Below, piece by piece: positions 10,357 to 20,872 of a stretch of 64,000 bases of DNA. The DNA is taken from the NCBI GenBank assembly GCA_963677495.2, contig CAXXOU010000004.1, positions 1,441,726 through 1,505,725 on the forward strand. Reading direction: 5' to 3'. Positions within the stretch are counted from its first letter, which is position 1, and each line of letters starts with the position of its first letter. A program made the position numbers and the translations under genes. Source of the DNA: Candidatus Cloacimonadales bacterium (GTDB lineage Bacteria; Cloacimonadota; Cloacimonadia; Cloacimonadales; JAFGVF01). The notes beneath the pieces are model-generated. The model did no database searches, had not been told where the DNA came from, and was given only the letters and a program-made list of their open reading frames with translations.

Positions 10357-10941
10357 ATGAAAAGGTTTAATGAGTATCACAAAAGGCTCCTCCCTCATAT
10401 TCAAGAATATGGTGGAGTTTATTCAATAGTATTTAGACTTGCTTGGTCTATCCCTGTTGCTAAGTTGAAAGAAATAAGTATTGAGAAAAGACCCAATAAT
10501 GATACTTGTTACTTCACTAAGTTTGATAATTATCTAGATACATGTTCAACTCCCAATTGGTTACTAAACCCCAAAATTGCTAAATTGGTGGAGAACACTA
10601 TTCATTTCCATGATAATGGAAAGTATTTAGCAATAGCTTTTTGCATAATGCCAAACCATGTGCATTTAATTCTTGAACCTTTGTTTAAGAACAAAGAAAC
10701 TCCTTTTGCACTAACAGAAGTTTTGCACTCAATCAAGACTTATACTGCAAAGGAAGGAAATAGGATTCTAGGTAGAAAGGGACAATTCTGGTCTCATGAA
10801 AGCTATGACCATTTGATAAGAAATGAAAAAGAACTCTACAATCAAATCGAGTATTTGAAGAACAATCCTGTCAAAGCAAAACTGGTTGCTGATCAGGATG
10901 ATTGGGAGTATACTTGGGTTGCTGAAGATATTGAATTGTAA
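10357..10941 (+). CDS. REP-associated tyrosine transposase (RAYT, Y1 HUH family)
   Basis: LPH N-terminal motif, HUH in CIMPNHVHLI, FWSHESYDHLIR, catalytic-type Y in EYLKNNPVKAKLV; flanked by REP arrays. Confidence 0.92.
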   Translation: MKRFNEYHKRLLPHIQEYGGVYSIVFRLAWSIPVAKLKEISIEKRPNNDTCYFTKFDNYLDTCSTPNWLLNPKIAKLVENTIHFHDNGKYLAIAFCIMPNHVHLILEPLFKNKETPFALTEVLHSIKTYTAKEGNRILGRKGQFWSHESYDHLIRNEKELYNQIEYLKNNPVKAKLVADQDDWEYTWVAEDIEL

Positions 10942-11597
10942 CTAGACGCATTTAAGATATATTCTAAGTTCCGGTCAGTGGAAATTGCCAACGATGTTGG
11001 CACAGCAACTCGGGAGAGTCGCAGTACAATTGTAGTGCGAGTGTCCCCACTTGCACATAGCTCGATAGAGCTATAACCGGGAAGCTTATCGTGTTCAGTA
11101 ACTAGTATTGACTTGTATATTCATAAACTTATCTCTACGTTCGTACTTATGGTTATTAAGTTTCGGTCAGTGGATATTGCCGACTGTGTCGGCACAGCAA
11201 CTCAGGAGAGTCGCAGTACAGTACAATCGTAGTGCGAGTGTCCCCACTTGCACATAGCTCGCAGAGCTATAACCGGGAAGCTAATCGTGCTCAGGAACTA
11301 GTAATGACTTGTATACTTAACTCTACGTTAGAATTTATTGTTTTTAAGTTTTGGTCAGTGGAAGATGCCAACGATGTTGGCACAGCAACTCAGGAGAGTC
11401 GCAGTACAATCGTTTTGGTCAGTGGAAGATGCCAACGATGTTGGCACAGCAACTCGGGAGAGTTGCAGTACAATTGTTGCGGTCAGAGAGTTACACGACA
11501 ACATCCATGAAAAAAAGCTTTTCAAAATAGAAAGTTTTAAAAGTTTGTACGATAAGCAGATTATAGAATTGAAATCCTGCTAATCGTTGGAGGAAAA

Positions 11598-11903
11598 ATG
11601 TTTAAATTAAGTGATGAACAGCTTGCTAAAGCAAAGGAGATTGCTCTGTCTAATCGTCGTAAGAAAAGTTGCGGTGAGTGTTATGACAGAGGCTATATTG
11701 GCACAACAGAGGAGAACCTTCTCATACTTTGTCAGAAGTGTGTAGATATGGAAAAAGCGATGGATGACTGGAAAGAGTTCGTTGCAACTGTGCCTGAGTT
11801 GAAAGAGCAGTTCAGTGATCTGTTTGAAGAAGATACAGAAGAAGATGAAGATATTGATGTATCGCAGTTGAACAGAGCGATGCGTAGAAAAGCCAATAAA
11901 TAA
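11598..11903 (+). CDS. Hypothetical CxxC-containing protein upstream of ileS
   Basis: GGAGG RBS; CGECYDRG...CQKC; acidic tail. Confidence 0.75.
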   Translation: MFKLSDEQLAKAKEIALSNRRKKSCGECYDRGYIGTTEENLLILCQKCVDMEKAMDDWKEFVATVPELKEQFSDLFEEDTEEDEDIDVSQLNRAMRRKANK

Positions 11904-11926
11904 ATTTTAACATAAATGGAGCATAA

Positions 11927-14900
11927 ATGTACAAGCCAATAGATATTAAAGAACCGGCAACTCTACTCGAAGAGAGAGTAAGAGTTTACTGGAAAGAGAA
12001 AGATCTCGCAAAAAAGAGTGAAGAAGCTAGAGAAGATGCAAAACGATTTGTTTTCTTTGAAGGACCTCCAACTGCAAATGGCAAACCGGGTATTCACCAC
12101 GTTATGGGTAGAACACTTAAAGATTCAGTATGCCGTTACAAGACTATGAAAGGTTTTCAAGTTAAGAGAAAAGCCGGTTGGGATACACACGGTTTACCTG
12201 TTGAGATTGAAGTTGAGAAACAGATAGGTTTATCTGATAAGAAAGATATCGAAGAATATGGAATCGCTAAATTCAATCAGAAGTGTCGTGAATCTGTTTT
12301 CACATACGAAACTCTTTGGAGAAAGATGACTGAAAAGATGGGTTATTGGATTGATCTTGATAATCCATATATAACTCTTGATAATAACTATATCGAGTCT
12401 GTTTGGTGGATTCTGAACGACTTCTTTAAAAAAGACCTTATCTATAAAGGTCATAAGATTGTGCCATATTGCCCAAGTTGCGGTACTCCACTCTCTTCAC
12501 ACGAAGTAGCTCAGGGATACAAAGATGTGAATGATCCTTCTGTCTTTGCTAAATTCAGAAGCAAAGATGAAGAAAATCTTTATTATCTTGCTTGGACAAC
12601 AACACCTTGGACACTTATTTCTAACGTTGCACTTGTAGTGAACCCTGAATCTGATTATGTGAAAGTTATGCATAATGATGAGAAGCTTATACTTGCAAAA
12701 GCAAGACTTAGCGTTCTTGATGGTGACTATGAAATAATCGAAGAGTTCAAAGGTGCTACTTTAGAACATAAAGAGTATGAACCATTATTCCAATATGTTG
12801 AAGTTGATAAGAAAGCCTGGTACATCGGTTGTGCTGATTATGTAACAATGGATGACGGTACAGGTGTTGTACACACTGCTCCTGCATTCGGTCAGGATGA
12901 CTACAATCTTGGTATGAAATATGGACTTCCATTCGTGCAACCTGTTGATGCAGCCGGTAAGTTTACTGAAGAAGTTACCGATTGGGCAGGATTATTTGTG
13001 AAAGAAGCGGACAAAGGAATCATCAGAAACCTTAAAGAGCGAGGAATTCTTTACAAACGTGAACAGATAAAACATAGTTACCCTCATTGCTGGAGATGTT
13101 CAAGTCCACTCGTTTATTATGCAAGAGAGAGTTGGTATATCAGAACTCAGAAATATAGAGATCAGTTGATGGAAAACAACAATAGCGTTAACTGGGTGCC
13201 TGGATTCGTTGGAGAAAAGCGTTTCGGTGCTTGGTTAGAGAACAATATTGATTGGGCTTTATCACGTGATAGATTCTGGGGTACACCACTTAACGTATGG
13301 GTTTGTGATGATTGTGGAAAACTTGATTCTGCAGGTTCAATTGCTGAACTACGTGAAAAGGGAACTCTTCTTGATGGAAGTGAAGTACCTGAAGATATAG
13401 AACTGCATCGTCCTTATGTCGATGATGTAGAGTTCACATGTTCATGTGGTGGTAAGATGCACAGAACCAAAGAGGTTATAGACTGCTGGTTTGATAGTGG
13501 TGCTATGCCTTTCGCTCAATGGCACTATCCATTTGAGAATAAAGAGATCTTTGATGATGAGCTGTTCCCGGCTGACTTCATATCCGAAGGTATCGACCAG
13601 ACTCGTGGTTGGTTCTATACACTTCTTACGATCTCTACTATCCTTAAAGGTAAGGCACCTTACAAGAACGTTCTAGTGAATGACCTTATCCTTGATAAGA
13701 AAGGTATCAAAATGAGTAAGTCAAAGGGCAACAGTGTTGATCCTATGGAGCTCATGGAGAAGTATGGTGCTGATGCTATTCGCTGGTATTTGATCAGTAA
13801 TTCTGTACCTTGGATTCCAACTAAATTCGATACTAAAGGTGTTGAAGAGGTTGTTGGTAAGTTCCTTGGAACACTTAAGAACGTATATTCATTCTTTATA
13901 ACATATACAAACATTGATAAATTTGATGCTAATGCTCATGAGTTTAATGAGAAGCAGTCAGTTGAGATTGATAGATGGATAATCTCACGACTAAACTCAG
14001 TAATCAAAGATGTTACTGCATCTAATGATGGTTTTGATTTCACCAAGAGCTTAAGAATCATGCAGGACTTCGTACTTGATGAAGTATCAAACTGGTACGT
14101 AAGAAGAAGCAGAAGAAGATTCTGGGCTATGGACCTGACTGAAGATAAGAAAACAGCTTATCTTACATTGAATCATATCCTCGTGAATGTAAGTAAACTT
14201 ATTGCACCGTTCGTACCATATTTTGCTGAAGATATGTATACAAACCTTACAGGTAAAGAAAGTGTTCATTTAGAAGACTACCCTGTTGCAAAGAATGAAC
14301 TGATTGATGCAAATCTTGAAGCTGAGATGAAAACAATTATCGATTTAGTTTCTCTTGGTAGAGCTGCAAGAAATACAAGTCAGATCAAAGTAAGACAGAC
14401 CCTTCAGAAGTTGTTTGTTCCTGAAAGAACAAAGCATGTTGTTGAGAGAATGCTTGAGCTCATCAAAGAAGAGATTAATATCAAAGAGATAGAGTACATC
14501 TCTGAGAATGATGATTTCGTTCACTTTGAAATGAAACCAAACTTCAAGGTCATGGGTCCTAAATTCGGTAAAGATATGAAGAAGCTTGCCGGACATCTTA
14601 GAACTCTCAATGGTGGTGAGATTCTTGCTTGTTTCAAAAAAGGTAACGCCTTTACATTCGAGATTGATGGTCAGGAATTCTCAATTGTTGAAGAAGATGT
14701 AGCAGTATCTATTCAACAGAGAGAAGGCTTTGTTTTCGAAAGCTCAAAAGAGAACTACGTAGCTCTTGATACAACCCTCACAGATGAGTTGATTCTTGAA
14801 GGTTATGCAAGAGAGCTTGTTAATAAGATTCAGTTCACCAGAAAAGAGAACAACTACGATGTTATGGACAGAATAGCTGTATGTCTTGTTGGGGATGAAG

Positions 14901-15043
14901 AGATAAAGAAAGCTGTTGATTTACACGCTGATTATATCAAATCAGAGACTCTTGCTGATAGCATTGAGTTTACTCAGAAAGATGATATGACAGAATGGGA
15001 TATTAATGGTAAACAGGTACAATTAGTACTTGCAAAGATATAA
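11927..15043 (+). CDS. ileS: Isoleucine--tRNA ligase (type 2-like)
   Basis: EGPPTANGKPGIHH, GWDTHGLPVE, GTGVVHTAPAFG, DWALSRDRFWG, KMSKS. Confidence 0.97.
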   Translation: MYKPIDIKEPATLLEERVRVYWKEKDLAKKSEEAREDAKRFVFFEGPPTANGKPGIHHVMGRTLKDSVCRYKTMKGFQVKRKAGWDTHGLPVEIEVEKQIGLSDKKDIEEYGIAKFNQKCRESVFTYETLWRKMTEKMGYWIDLDNPYITLDNNYIESVWWILNDFFKKDLIYKGHKIVPYCPSCGTPLSSHEVAQGYKDVNDPSVFAKFRSKDEENLYYLAWTTTPWTLISNVALVVNPESDYVKVMHNDEKLILAKARLSVLDGDYEIIEEFKGATLEHKEYEPLFQYVEVDKKAWYIGCADYVTMDDGTGVVHTAPAFGQDDYNLGMKYGLPFVQPVDAAGKFTEEVTDWAGLFVKEADKGIIRNLKERGILYKREQIKHSYPHCWRCSSPLVYYARESWYIRTQKYRDQLMENNNSVNWVPGFVGEKRFGAWLENNIDWALSRDRFWGTPLNVWVCDDCGKLDSAGSIAELREKGTLLDGSEVPEDIELHRPYVDDVEFTCSCGGKMHRTKEVIDCWFDSGAMPFAQWHYPFENKEIFDDELFPADFISEGIDQTRGWFYTLLTISTILKGKAPYKNVLVNDLILDKKGIKMSKSKGNSVDPMELMEKYGADAIRWYLISNSVPWIPTKFDTKGVEEVVGKFLGTLKNVYSFFITYTNIDKFDANAHEFNEKQSVEIDRWIISRLNSVIKDVTASNDGFDFTKSLRIMQDFVLDEVSNWYVRRSRRRFWAMDLTEDKKTAYLTLNHILVNVSKLIAPFVPYFAEDMYTNLTGKESVHLEDYPVAKNELIDANLEAEMKTIIDLVSLGRAARNTSQIKVRQTLQKLFVPERTKHVVERMLELIKEEINIKEIEYISENDDFVHFEMKPNFKVMGPKFGKDMKKLAGHLRTLNGGEILACFKKGNAFTFEIDGQEFSIVEEDVAVSIQQREGFVFESSKENYVALDTTLTDELILEGYARELVNKIQFTRKENNYDVMDRIAVCLVGDEEIKKAVDLHADYIKSETLADSIEFTQKDDMTEWDINGKQVQLVLAKI

Positions 15044-15048
15044 ACTTA

Positions 15049-15082
15049 AGACTGAGAGCCGGATTCGTCCGGCTCTCAGTCT
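15049..15082. terminator. Strong hairpin after ileS (terminator or processing site)
   Basis: AGACTGAGAGCCGGA-TTCG-TCCGGCTCTCAGTCT, 15-bp stem, no clear U-tract. Confidence 0.55.
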
Positions 15083-15097
15083 ATCTATGAAATTGAT

Positions 15098-15667
15098 ATG
15101 AAAGTAAAATACACAGAAAAAGACACAAAAAGGTCAAGCTTCGATCCTATTGTGAAATCATTGCTTGAGATTGGAAAGCTCAAGTCCTGTTTCAGACAAG
15201 GATGGTTAAAGCGTGGTATTACAGAAGATATCGGTGAGTCTATAGCTGACCACTGCTTCTTTGTTGTGCTCAGTGCTATGTTCATAGCTGAGCGAGACTT
15301 CCCTGAACTTGATCGAATGAAGGTTCTGAGAATGGCAATTGTCCATGAATTAGCCGAAGCAACGGTTGGTGATATAACCCCGGTTGATGGCATTTCTGAA
15401 GATGAAAAATATGCCATGGAGCGCAAAGCATTCATTGAGATTCTTGATGGTGTTGACGTGAATAATGAGTATCTACAGCTATGGGAAGAGTTTGAAGCAA
15501 ATGAAACGAAAGAAGCTAAGTTCGTAAAACAGATTGACAAGTTTGAAATGGGTTTACAAGCTTACAAATATAAGATGCATGATTTTCCTGGTATGGAAGA
15601 GTTCTTAGATTCAACCAGAAGAGTAGTGCAGGATGATAGATTAAAAAGGATGATTAAGGAGTTTTAA
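15098..15667 (+). CDS. HD-domain hydrolase (YfbR/HDDC2-like)
   Basis: RQGW...ESIADH...HELAEATVGD...EAKFVKQIDKFEM. Confidence 0.88.
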   Translation: MKVKYTEKDTKRSSFDPIVKSLLEIGKLKSCFRQGWLKRGITEDIGESIADHCFFVVLSAMFIAERDFPELDRMKVLRMAIVHELAEATVGDITPVDGISEDEKYAMERKAFIEILDGVDVNNEYLQLWEEFEANETKEAKFVKQIDKFEMGLQAYKYKMHDFPGMEEFLDSTRRVVQDDRLKRMIKEF

Positions 15668-15684
15668 ACTCCTATGAGGGAACG

Positions 15685-15954
15685 ATGAGAATAGATCAAT
15701 TGTTAAACAAACTATGTCTAGTAAAGACTAGGACAATAGCAAAGAATGCTTGTGATAAGAACCTAATTCAAGTTAATGGGAAGAAATCTAAAGCAAGTCA
15801 AAACATTAACGAGGGTGATGAGATATCTATAGCTTTAGGGCAGTATAAAACTGTTGTTAAAATTACACAGTTGCCTAAAGGTAATGTTGCAAAGAAAGAT
15901 GCCGGAGAATACTATGAAGTATTGAAGAGGACAAAAATACAAATAGATGAGTAA
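15685..15954 (+). CDS. S4-domain RNA-binding protein (Hsp15/RqcP-like)
   Basis: MRIDQLL..LCLVKTRTIAKNAC...VNG..KAS S4 signature. Confidence 0.88.
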   Translation: MRIDQLLNKLCLVKTRTIAKNACDKNLIQVNGKKSKASQNINEGDEISIALGQYKTVVKITQLPKGNVAKKDAGEYYEVLKRTKIQIDE

Positions 15955-18067
15955 AGGATTCCTTTTCAAAACTCAAAACCTGATATACTATATCAGAGCT
16001 AATCATACTGTTGAAAACGTAATTGCAGCAGTATTGATTACTATTGTCTTCTTTCTTAGCTCATTTATTGAGCTCAGGGTACCGGATAACAATATTGTTG
16101 AAGGGCAAGTAAGTGAGAAAGATATTATTGCTCCTTTCTCGTTTGAAGTAAAGAAAGATGAAGCTCAATTGAAAGCTGAAAGGGAAAATAATCTTCAAGA
16201 TATAAACCCTGTCTATATACTTTCTGAAAATATTAATTACCAAATCATCCAGAACTTAAATCATTTGTTTACTAATCTGTACTCATTCAAGAAAACAGGA
16301 AAGAAAGAACAGATGAGAAACTACATCTTAAATTTGGATTACGAGATAAACTATACTGAATTAAATTACTTGTTCGCAAGAGAAAACCTTCAGAAAGTTT
16401 GGGACTATGTGATGATATATAGTGACTCACTACTCTCAAAAGGTATAGTAGAAGTTCCAATAGATAAGATTATACTTTTTGAGAATGGTAGTAGAACCCA
16501 GTCAATTGACACAGACTCATTCAACAACGTCTCAAAGGCATCTCATAGTGTTTCACTTGCTTATGAAGATGAAGATATACATGGTTTTATTGAGTATATA
16601 CTTTTCCTTTACTTAAAACCAAACATTGTCATCGACCGTAATAAAACCGATGAGATTGTTAACACTCGTAAAGAGAAACTTAAACCAGTCTTGGATGTAA
16701 TTCAGAAGAATGAGATTATAATTCGAAAGAATACTAAAATATCGCACATGGAATTCTTGAAATACCAATCAATGCTGAACTCCAAGGAGTATCTTAGCTG
16801 GAAAAACCGAAAGCGAATGCTGATTATACGCATTGTTGGTTTTGGATTACTGGTATTCTTACTTCTATCAGCCATGAGATATACTCTATCTAAGTTACAC
16901 TCTGAAGTTAGCAATAAGAGCTACTTGTTGATGCTGATATTATTAGTTAGTGAGTTGATACTCTATCTACTCATTGTCAATATTGCCGGAATATCACCAT
17001 ATATATTCCCGCTAATGTTTTTTATTTTACTACCTGCTGTTGTGGTATCAACCACTTCAGGATTGGTGTTCGGGCTCTTTCTACTTATCATCAATCTACT
17101 GACATTCAATATTGATAAGACACTGCAATTGTATCATGCTTTGATTGCAACTGCCGGTCTTATCTATCTAGATAGATTAACAGTGAAACAAACATATTCA
17201 ACAATTGCATGGATGTTAATGCTTACAGGGGCAATCCTAATCCTAGCGATAGGATTAGTCGTCAGCACTCCCCTATTTAGAACTGTCAACTATCTGATTT
17301 ATAGTGAGATTGCTCTTATCATATCTATAACCGGACTAATCTCAACTGCAAATTGGGCTGAATCTAAGCTAGACACTGTTTCCAGTAATCAGTTGATCAG
17401 TATGATTGACTTCAATCATCCACTTCTGAAGAAGCTAGCTACCGAAGCACCGGGCACATATCATCATTCGTTAGTTGTTAGTAATCTTGCTGAACGTGCA
17501 GCTGAGGAAATAGGAGCTGATTATCTTTTAGCTCGTGTAGGTAGTTACTATCACGATATAGGCAAACTTAAGAATCCTAGTATGTTCACTGAAAACAACG
17601 AACACTCAGATAGATTGCACTCACAGATGGGATATGATGAAAGTGCTGAGTTTATTAAAGAACATGTAAGTTACGGAATTCAACTAGGTAAACAATATAA
17701 GTTTCCAAGTGCAATATTAGATATTATTCAAACTCATCATGGCACACAAGCAATCAAATACTTCCTTAAGATGGCTAAAGAAAGCAATCTCGAAACTCCA
17801 CAGTCAGTGTTCTACTACAATGGACCTAAACCGCAGACAAAGATTGCTGCCATTATTATGATTGCTGATATTGTTGAATCGAAGTCTAAAGTCTTTAACG
17901 AGTTTAAGGCACAGATTGTCGAAGAGACTATAGATGAGCTAATCCGTAATAAACAACTCCTGGACTGTGATCTAACATTTAAAGAATTAGGTCAGATTCG
18001 CACAGTAATGAATGTTGTCCTCAGTAGTATCTACCGTAAACGCAAAGATTATAAGTTGGACGAATAG
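15947..18067 (+). CDS. 7TM-HD membrane phosphohydrolase (PgpH-like)
   Basis: Extracellular domain, several TM helices, APGTYHHS, YYHDIGK, HHGT, IADIVE; next to ybeY as is usual. Confidence 0.9.
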   Translation: MSKGFLFKTQNLIYYIRANHTVENVIAAVLITIVFFLSSFIELRVPDNNIVEGQVSEKDIIAPFSFEVKKDEAQLKAERENNLQDINPVYILSENINYQIIQNLNHLFTNLYSFKKTGKKEQMRNYILNLDYEINYTELNYLFARENLQKVWDYVMIYSDSLLSKGIVEVPIDKIILFENGSRTQSIDTDSFNNVSKASHSVSLAYEDEDIHGFIEYILFLYLKPNIVIDRNKTDEIVNTRKEKLKPVLDVIQKNEIIIRKNTKISHMEFLKYQSMLNSKEYLSWKNRKRMLIIRIVGFGLLVFLLLSAMRYTLSKLHSEVSNKSYLLMLILLVSELILYLLIVNIAGISPYIFPLMFFILLPAVVVSTTSGLVFGLFLLIINLLTFNIDKTLQLYHALIATAGLIYLDRLTVKQTYSTIAWMLMLTGAILILAIGLVVSTPLFRTVNYLIYSEIALIISITGLISTANWAESKLDTVSSNQLISMIDFNHPLLKKLATEAPGTYHHSLVVSNLAERAAEEIGADYLLARVGSYYHDIGKLKNPSMFTENNEHSDRLHSQMGYDESAEFIKEHVSYGIQLGKQYKFPSAILDIIQTHHGTQAIKYFLKMAKESNLETPQSVFYYNGPKPQTKIAAIIMIADIVESKSKVFNEFKAQIVEETIDELIRNKQLLDCDLTFKELGQIRTVMNVVLSSIYRKRKDYKLDE

Positions 18068-18069
18068 CT

Positions 18070-18492
18070 ATGCCTGAATTACAATTTGAGAACAAAACGG
18101 ATCAAGATATATCTATAAACATCTTTCAGGATGTTCTAAACGTTGTTACTAATAATAATGAAATCTCTGTTAACAGTGAAGTTTCTTTAGTTATCGTAGA
18201 TTCTAAAGAGATGAAGGATCTGAATGGCAAATATAGAGGTTTATACAAGCCTACTGATGTTTTAAGCTTTCCTTGTGAAATGGACTTCATACCTTTTCTG
18301 GGTGATATAATTATTGACATTTATACTGCTGACAGGCAAAAGGGATTAAATTCCCTGTCTGAAGAGTTGCAAATACTTTTTTTACATGGGCTCTTACATC
18401 TTCTCGGACATGACCATTTATCGGTTAAACAGAAGCAGGAGATGCAAGATAAAGAAAAATACTATACTAAATTATTAAGGAGTAAACCGTAA
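18070..18492 (+). CDS. ybeY: rRNA maturation RNase YbeY
   Basis: PTDVLSF, LGDIII, HGLLHLLGHDH. Confidence 0.95.
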   Translation: MPELQFENKTDQDISINIFQDVLNVVTNNNEISVNSEVSLVIVDSKEMKDLNGKYRGLYKPTDVLSFPCEMDFIPFLGDIIIDIYTADRQKGLNSLSEELQILFLHGLLHLLGHDHLSVKQKQEMQDKEKYYTKLLRSKP

Positions 18493-18494
18493 CA

Positions 18495-19772
18495 GTGGAC
18501 ACCTTTTCGTGGATTTCACTACTTATTCTTCTCTGTTTATCTGCATTTTTTTCCGGTTCAGAAACCTCATTCTTTTCTTTAAACAAAATCCAGTTAAAGA
18601 AAATGGAAGGTTCTAAGAAACAGGGAGAACGTCGAATACTGAAGCTTTTAAAGAACTCAAATTTCCTGTTAATTACCATACTTCTAGGCAACACACTAGT
18701 TAACATTGCCTTTTCTTCACAAACTACTGTTTTAGCAATTAGCCTACAAGAAAAGTTCGGATGGAACATATCCGAATCTGTTTTACTCTTCTTACAAGTA
18801 GTAGTAACAACTTTTGTAATCTTACTATTTGGTGAGATTATACCTAAGCTGGTAGCATATTCAATTGCGGAAAGATTTGCAAGAAGAGTTGCAACGCCAA
18901 TCTCTTTCCTGCAAGTTATTCTATGGCCAATAATAAAGCTTTTCGACCTACTCAACAACCTTATATCCAAATCCAATGGTGTAAGTGAGCAACAAAGACA
19001 AGTTCTTACTTCAGAGGATTTCAGAAATATTATTAACTCTGAGACTTCAGATCATCCACTAGAGGATAGTGAAAAGAAGATTATTGCCAGTATCTTAGAG
19101 TTTTCTACTACAGAAGTTAGAGAGATAATTGTCCCACGTGTAGATATTATTGCAGTTGAAGAGAACGATTCAATTGATACTTTGAAACAGAAGATTATTG
19201 AATCAGGCTTTTCCAGAATACCCGTGTACAAAGATAACATTGATGATATAACCGGAGTAATCTATGCGAAGGATATACTACTTTATCCTGAGAAGACTGA
19301 GTTATCTCAGCTGACAAGACAACCGTATTTTGTTACTGAAAACATGAAAATTCAAGCTCTATTGAATCAGTTTAAGAGCCAAAAACTACAAATTGCTTTA
19401 GTTGTTGATGAGTATGGTGGAACATCAGGACTTATCACCTTGGAGGATATTCTGGAAGAACTCGTTGGAGAGATCCAGGATGAATATGATGATGATATCA
19501 TTCCTGAACTAAGAAAAGTAAATGATAACGAGTATATTGTCAGCGGTATGTTTTCGATATATGATTTCAATAATGAGTTTAACCAGGACATCAATCCGGA
19601 AGAGTTCGATAATCTGGCTGACTACCTTTTAGTACAATTTAATCATCTTCCTGAGTTAAATGAAAAGATATCCATTGAAAATATGACATTCAAAATCTCA
19701 GAGATCAAGAACCAGCGAATAAACTTTGTCCATATAACAGTGAAGGAGATCAGGGAAGAAGGTGAAGAATAA
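18495..19772 (+). CDS. CNNM/CBS/CorC-HlyC (hemolysin family) protein
   Basis: SAFFSGSET, FGEIIPK, SRIPVY, VVDEYGGTSGLITLEDILEELVGEI. Confidence 0.93.
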   Translation: MDTFSWISLLILLCLSAFFSGSETSFFSLNKIQLKKMEGSKKQGERRILKLLKNSNFLLITILLGNTLVNIAFSSQTTVLAISLQEKFGWNISESVLLFLQVVVTTFVILLFGEIIPKLVAYSIAERFARRVATPISFLQVILWPIIKLFDLLNNLISKSNGVSEQQRQVLTSEDFRNIINSETSDHPLEDSEKKIIASILEFSTTEVREIIVPRVDIIAVEENDSIDTLKQKIIESGFSRIPVYKDNIDDITGVIYAKDILLYPEKTELSQLTRQPYFVTENMKIQALLNQFKSQKLQIALVVDEYGGTSGLITLEDILEELVGEIQDEYDDDIIPELRKVNDNEYIVSGMFSIYDFNNEFNQDINPEEFDNLADYLLVQFNHLPELNEKISIENMTFKISEIKNQRINFVHITVKEIREEGEE

Positions 19773-20487
19773 GTTCATTATAACCGTACTTCTCCTGATA
19801 ACATCAGCTTTACTACAAGCTGACTATCTTGAGTATAAAGTAAAAGTCTTTGGCATTACCAATTCAATCATTAAAGTTGCTCATAAACACAATGACACTT
19901 TAGGAATCTTTGATGTTCATGTGGAGACCTTAAGTGCTGTTAGCATCTTTTCAAATGTGGATAACTATTATTATTCTACATACGTAAATGGATTTAAAAC
20001 TAACTATTTAAAGAAAAGTATCACACAATCTAAATATAATGAAAACCGTGAGATATTCATAGAAAACAATATCGCTTTACTGAAGGACTACACGAAAGGC
20101 ACTGAGGAAGAGTTCAACGTGTTCGATGATACAAGCGACCTGTTTGGCGGTTTATTTAAGATGAGCAGAGATGAAGACTTCACTGGGTCCTTTCATATCT
20201 TCTCTAATAGACACGTTTGGAAAGCTATCTATGAAGATAAAGGAACTGAAACCATTAAAACAAAGCTAGGTGAGAAAAAAGCACATCGACTGGAAGTTTA
20301 CTTTGATCAGATTTCTGAGGGTGACTTCAAATGCACTGATATCTTCACAAATAATGTTTTAAGGGAAAACCAACTACTTGAGCTTTGGATTTCAGCAGTA
20401 GATAGAATACCCCTTAAAGCGGTTTTGCATCATAAGAAGCATAAGGTTTATTGGAATATTTCAAATTTCGTCAATGAAACTGAATAG
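19762..20487 (+). CDS. Secreted hypothetical protein (possibly DUF3108-like)
   Basis: Signal peptide; ETIKTKLGEKKAH and LWIS..RIPLK resemble that family; overlaps neighbours in the operon. Confidence 0.6.
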   Translation: MKNKFIITVLLLITSALLQADYLEYKVKVFGITNSIIKVAHKHNDTLGIFDVHVETLSAVSIFSNVDNYYYSTYVNGFKTNYLKKSITQSKYNENREIFIENNIALLKDYTKGTEEEFNVFDDTSDLFGGLFKMSRDEDFTGSFHIFSNRHVWKAIYEDKGTETIKTKLGEKKAHRLEVYFDQISEGDFKCTDIFTNNVLRENQLLELWISAVDRIPLKAVLHHKKHKVYWNISNFVNETE

Positions 20488-20872
20488 AAAAGTTAAACTT
20501 ATCCCTTTCCTTTTATGGATACTTATAATCCTCGTAGTGTCATCATGGCCTTCACTCAAAAGTCCTGAGACAGGAATCTTTGAATTTGATAAACTTGCAC
20601 ATATGGGTCAATATTTCATCGCCGGTTTGCTTTTGTTTTACTACTTGTATTCAACTAATTTAATTATCAGAATTCTTTATATCAGATTCAGCTTCTTAGC
20701 TCTATTCTCAGTCGCTGATGAGTTTCACCAACTTTTTATTCCCGGGCGTGGATTCTCTCTTTTTGATGCATTAGCTAACTTAGTTGGTGTGTTTTTTTCT
20801 TTACTTATTTCTCTTTTCGTGCTAAAACGATTATGTTATATTAAGAGTAATAAAAAAAGGAGTTTATCATGA
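20474..20872 (+). CDS. VanZ-like membrane protein
   Basis: DKLAH, DEFHQLFIPGR..SLFDALAN. Confidence 0.88.
   Translation: MKLNRKVKLIPFLLWILIILVVSSWPSLKSPETGIFEFDKLAHMGQYFIAGLLLFYYLYSTNLIIRILYIRFSFLALFSVADEFHQLFIPGRGFSLFDALANLVGVFFSLLISLFVLKRLCYIKSNKKRSLS

Larger units (their letters stand above)
6479..11471. repeat. REP/BIME-like tandem array around the RAYT gene (REPtron), interrupted by IS21
   Basis: Units start GTAG-TGC(A/G)AGTG-tcc(t/c)-CACTTGC at 6525, 6716, 6972, 7163, 9775, 9968, 10220, 11032 and 11229; most carry the hairpins GCCAAC-gat-GTTGGC or GCCGAC-tgt-GTCGGC and GCAACTC..GAGTCGCAGTAC. Confidence 0.9.

Noticed and set aside
10357..10941. IS200/IS605 element with TnpB or omega RNA
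   Set aside because: No tnpB or iscB nearby; motifs and REP flanks fit RAYT
6525..11471. CRISPR array
   Set aside because: Constant parts are >140 bp, the 'spacers' are three homologous recurring alleles, there are no cas genes, and the adjacent RAYT explains the array as REP/BIME-like
6792..11583. Short ORFs in the array (6792, 6797, 9619, 9865, 10043, 11232, 11338)
   Set aside because: Translations of repeated palindromic DNA in several frames, with no RBS
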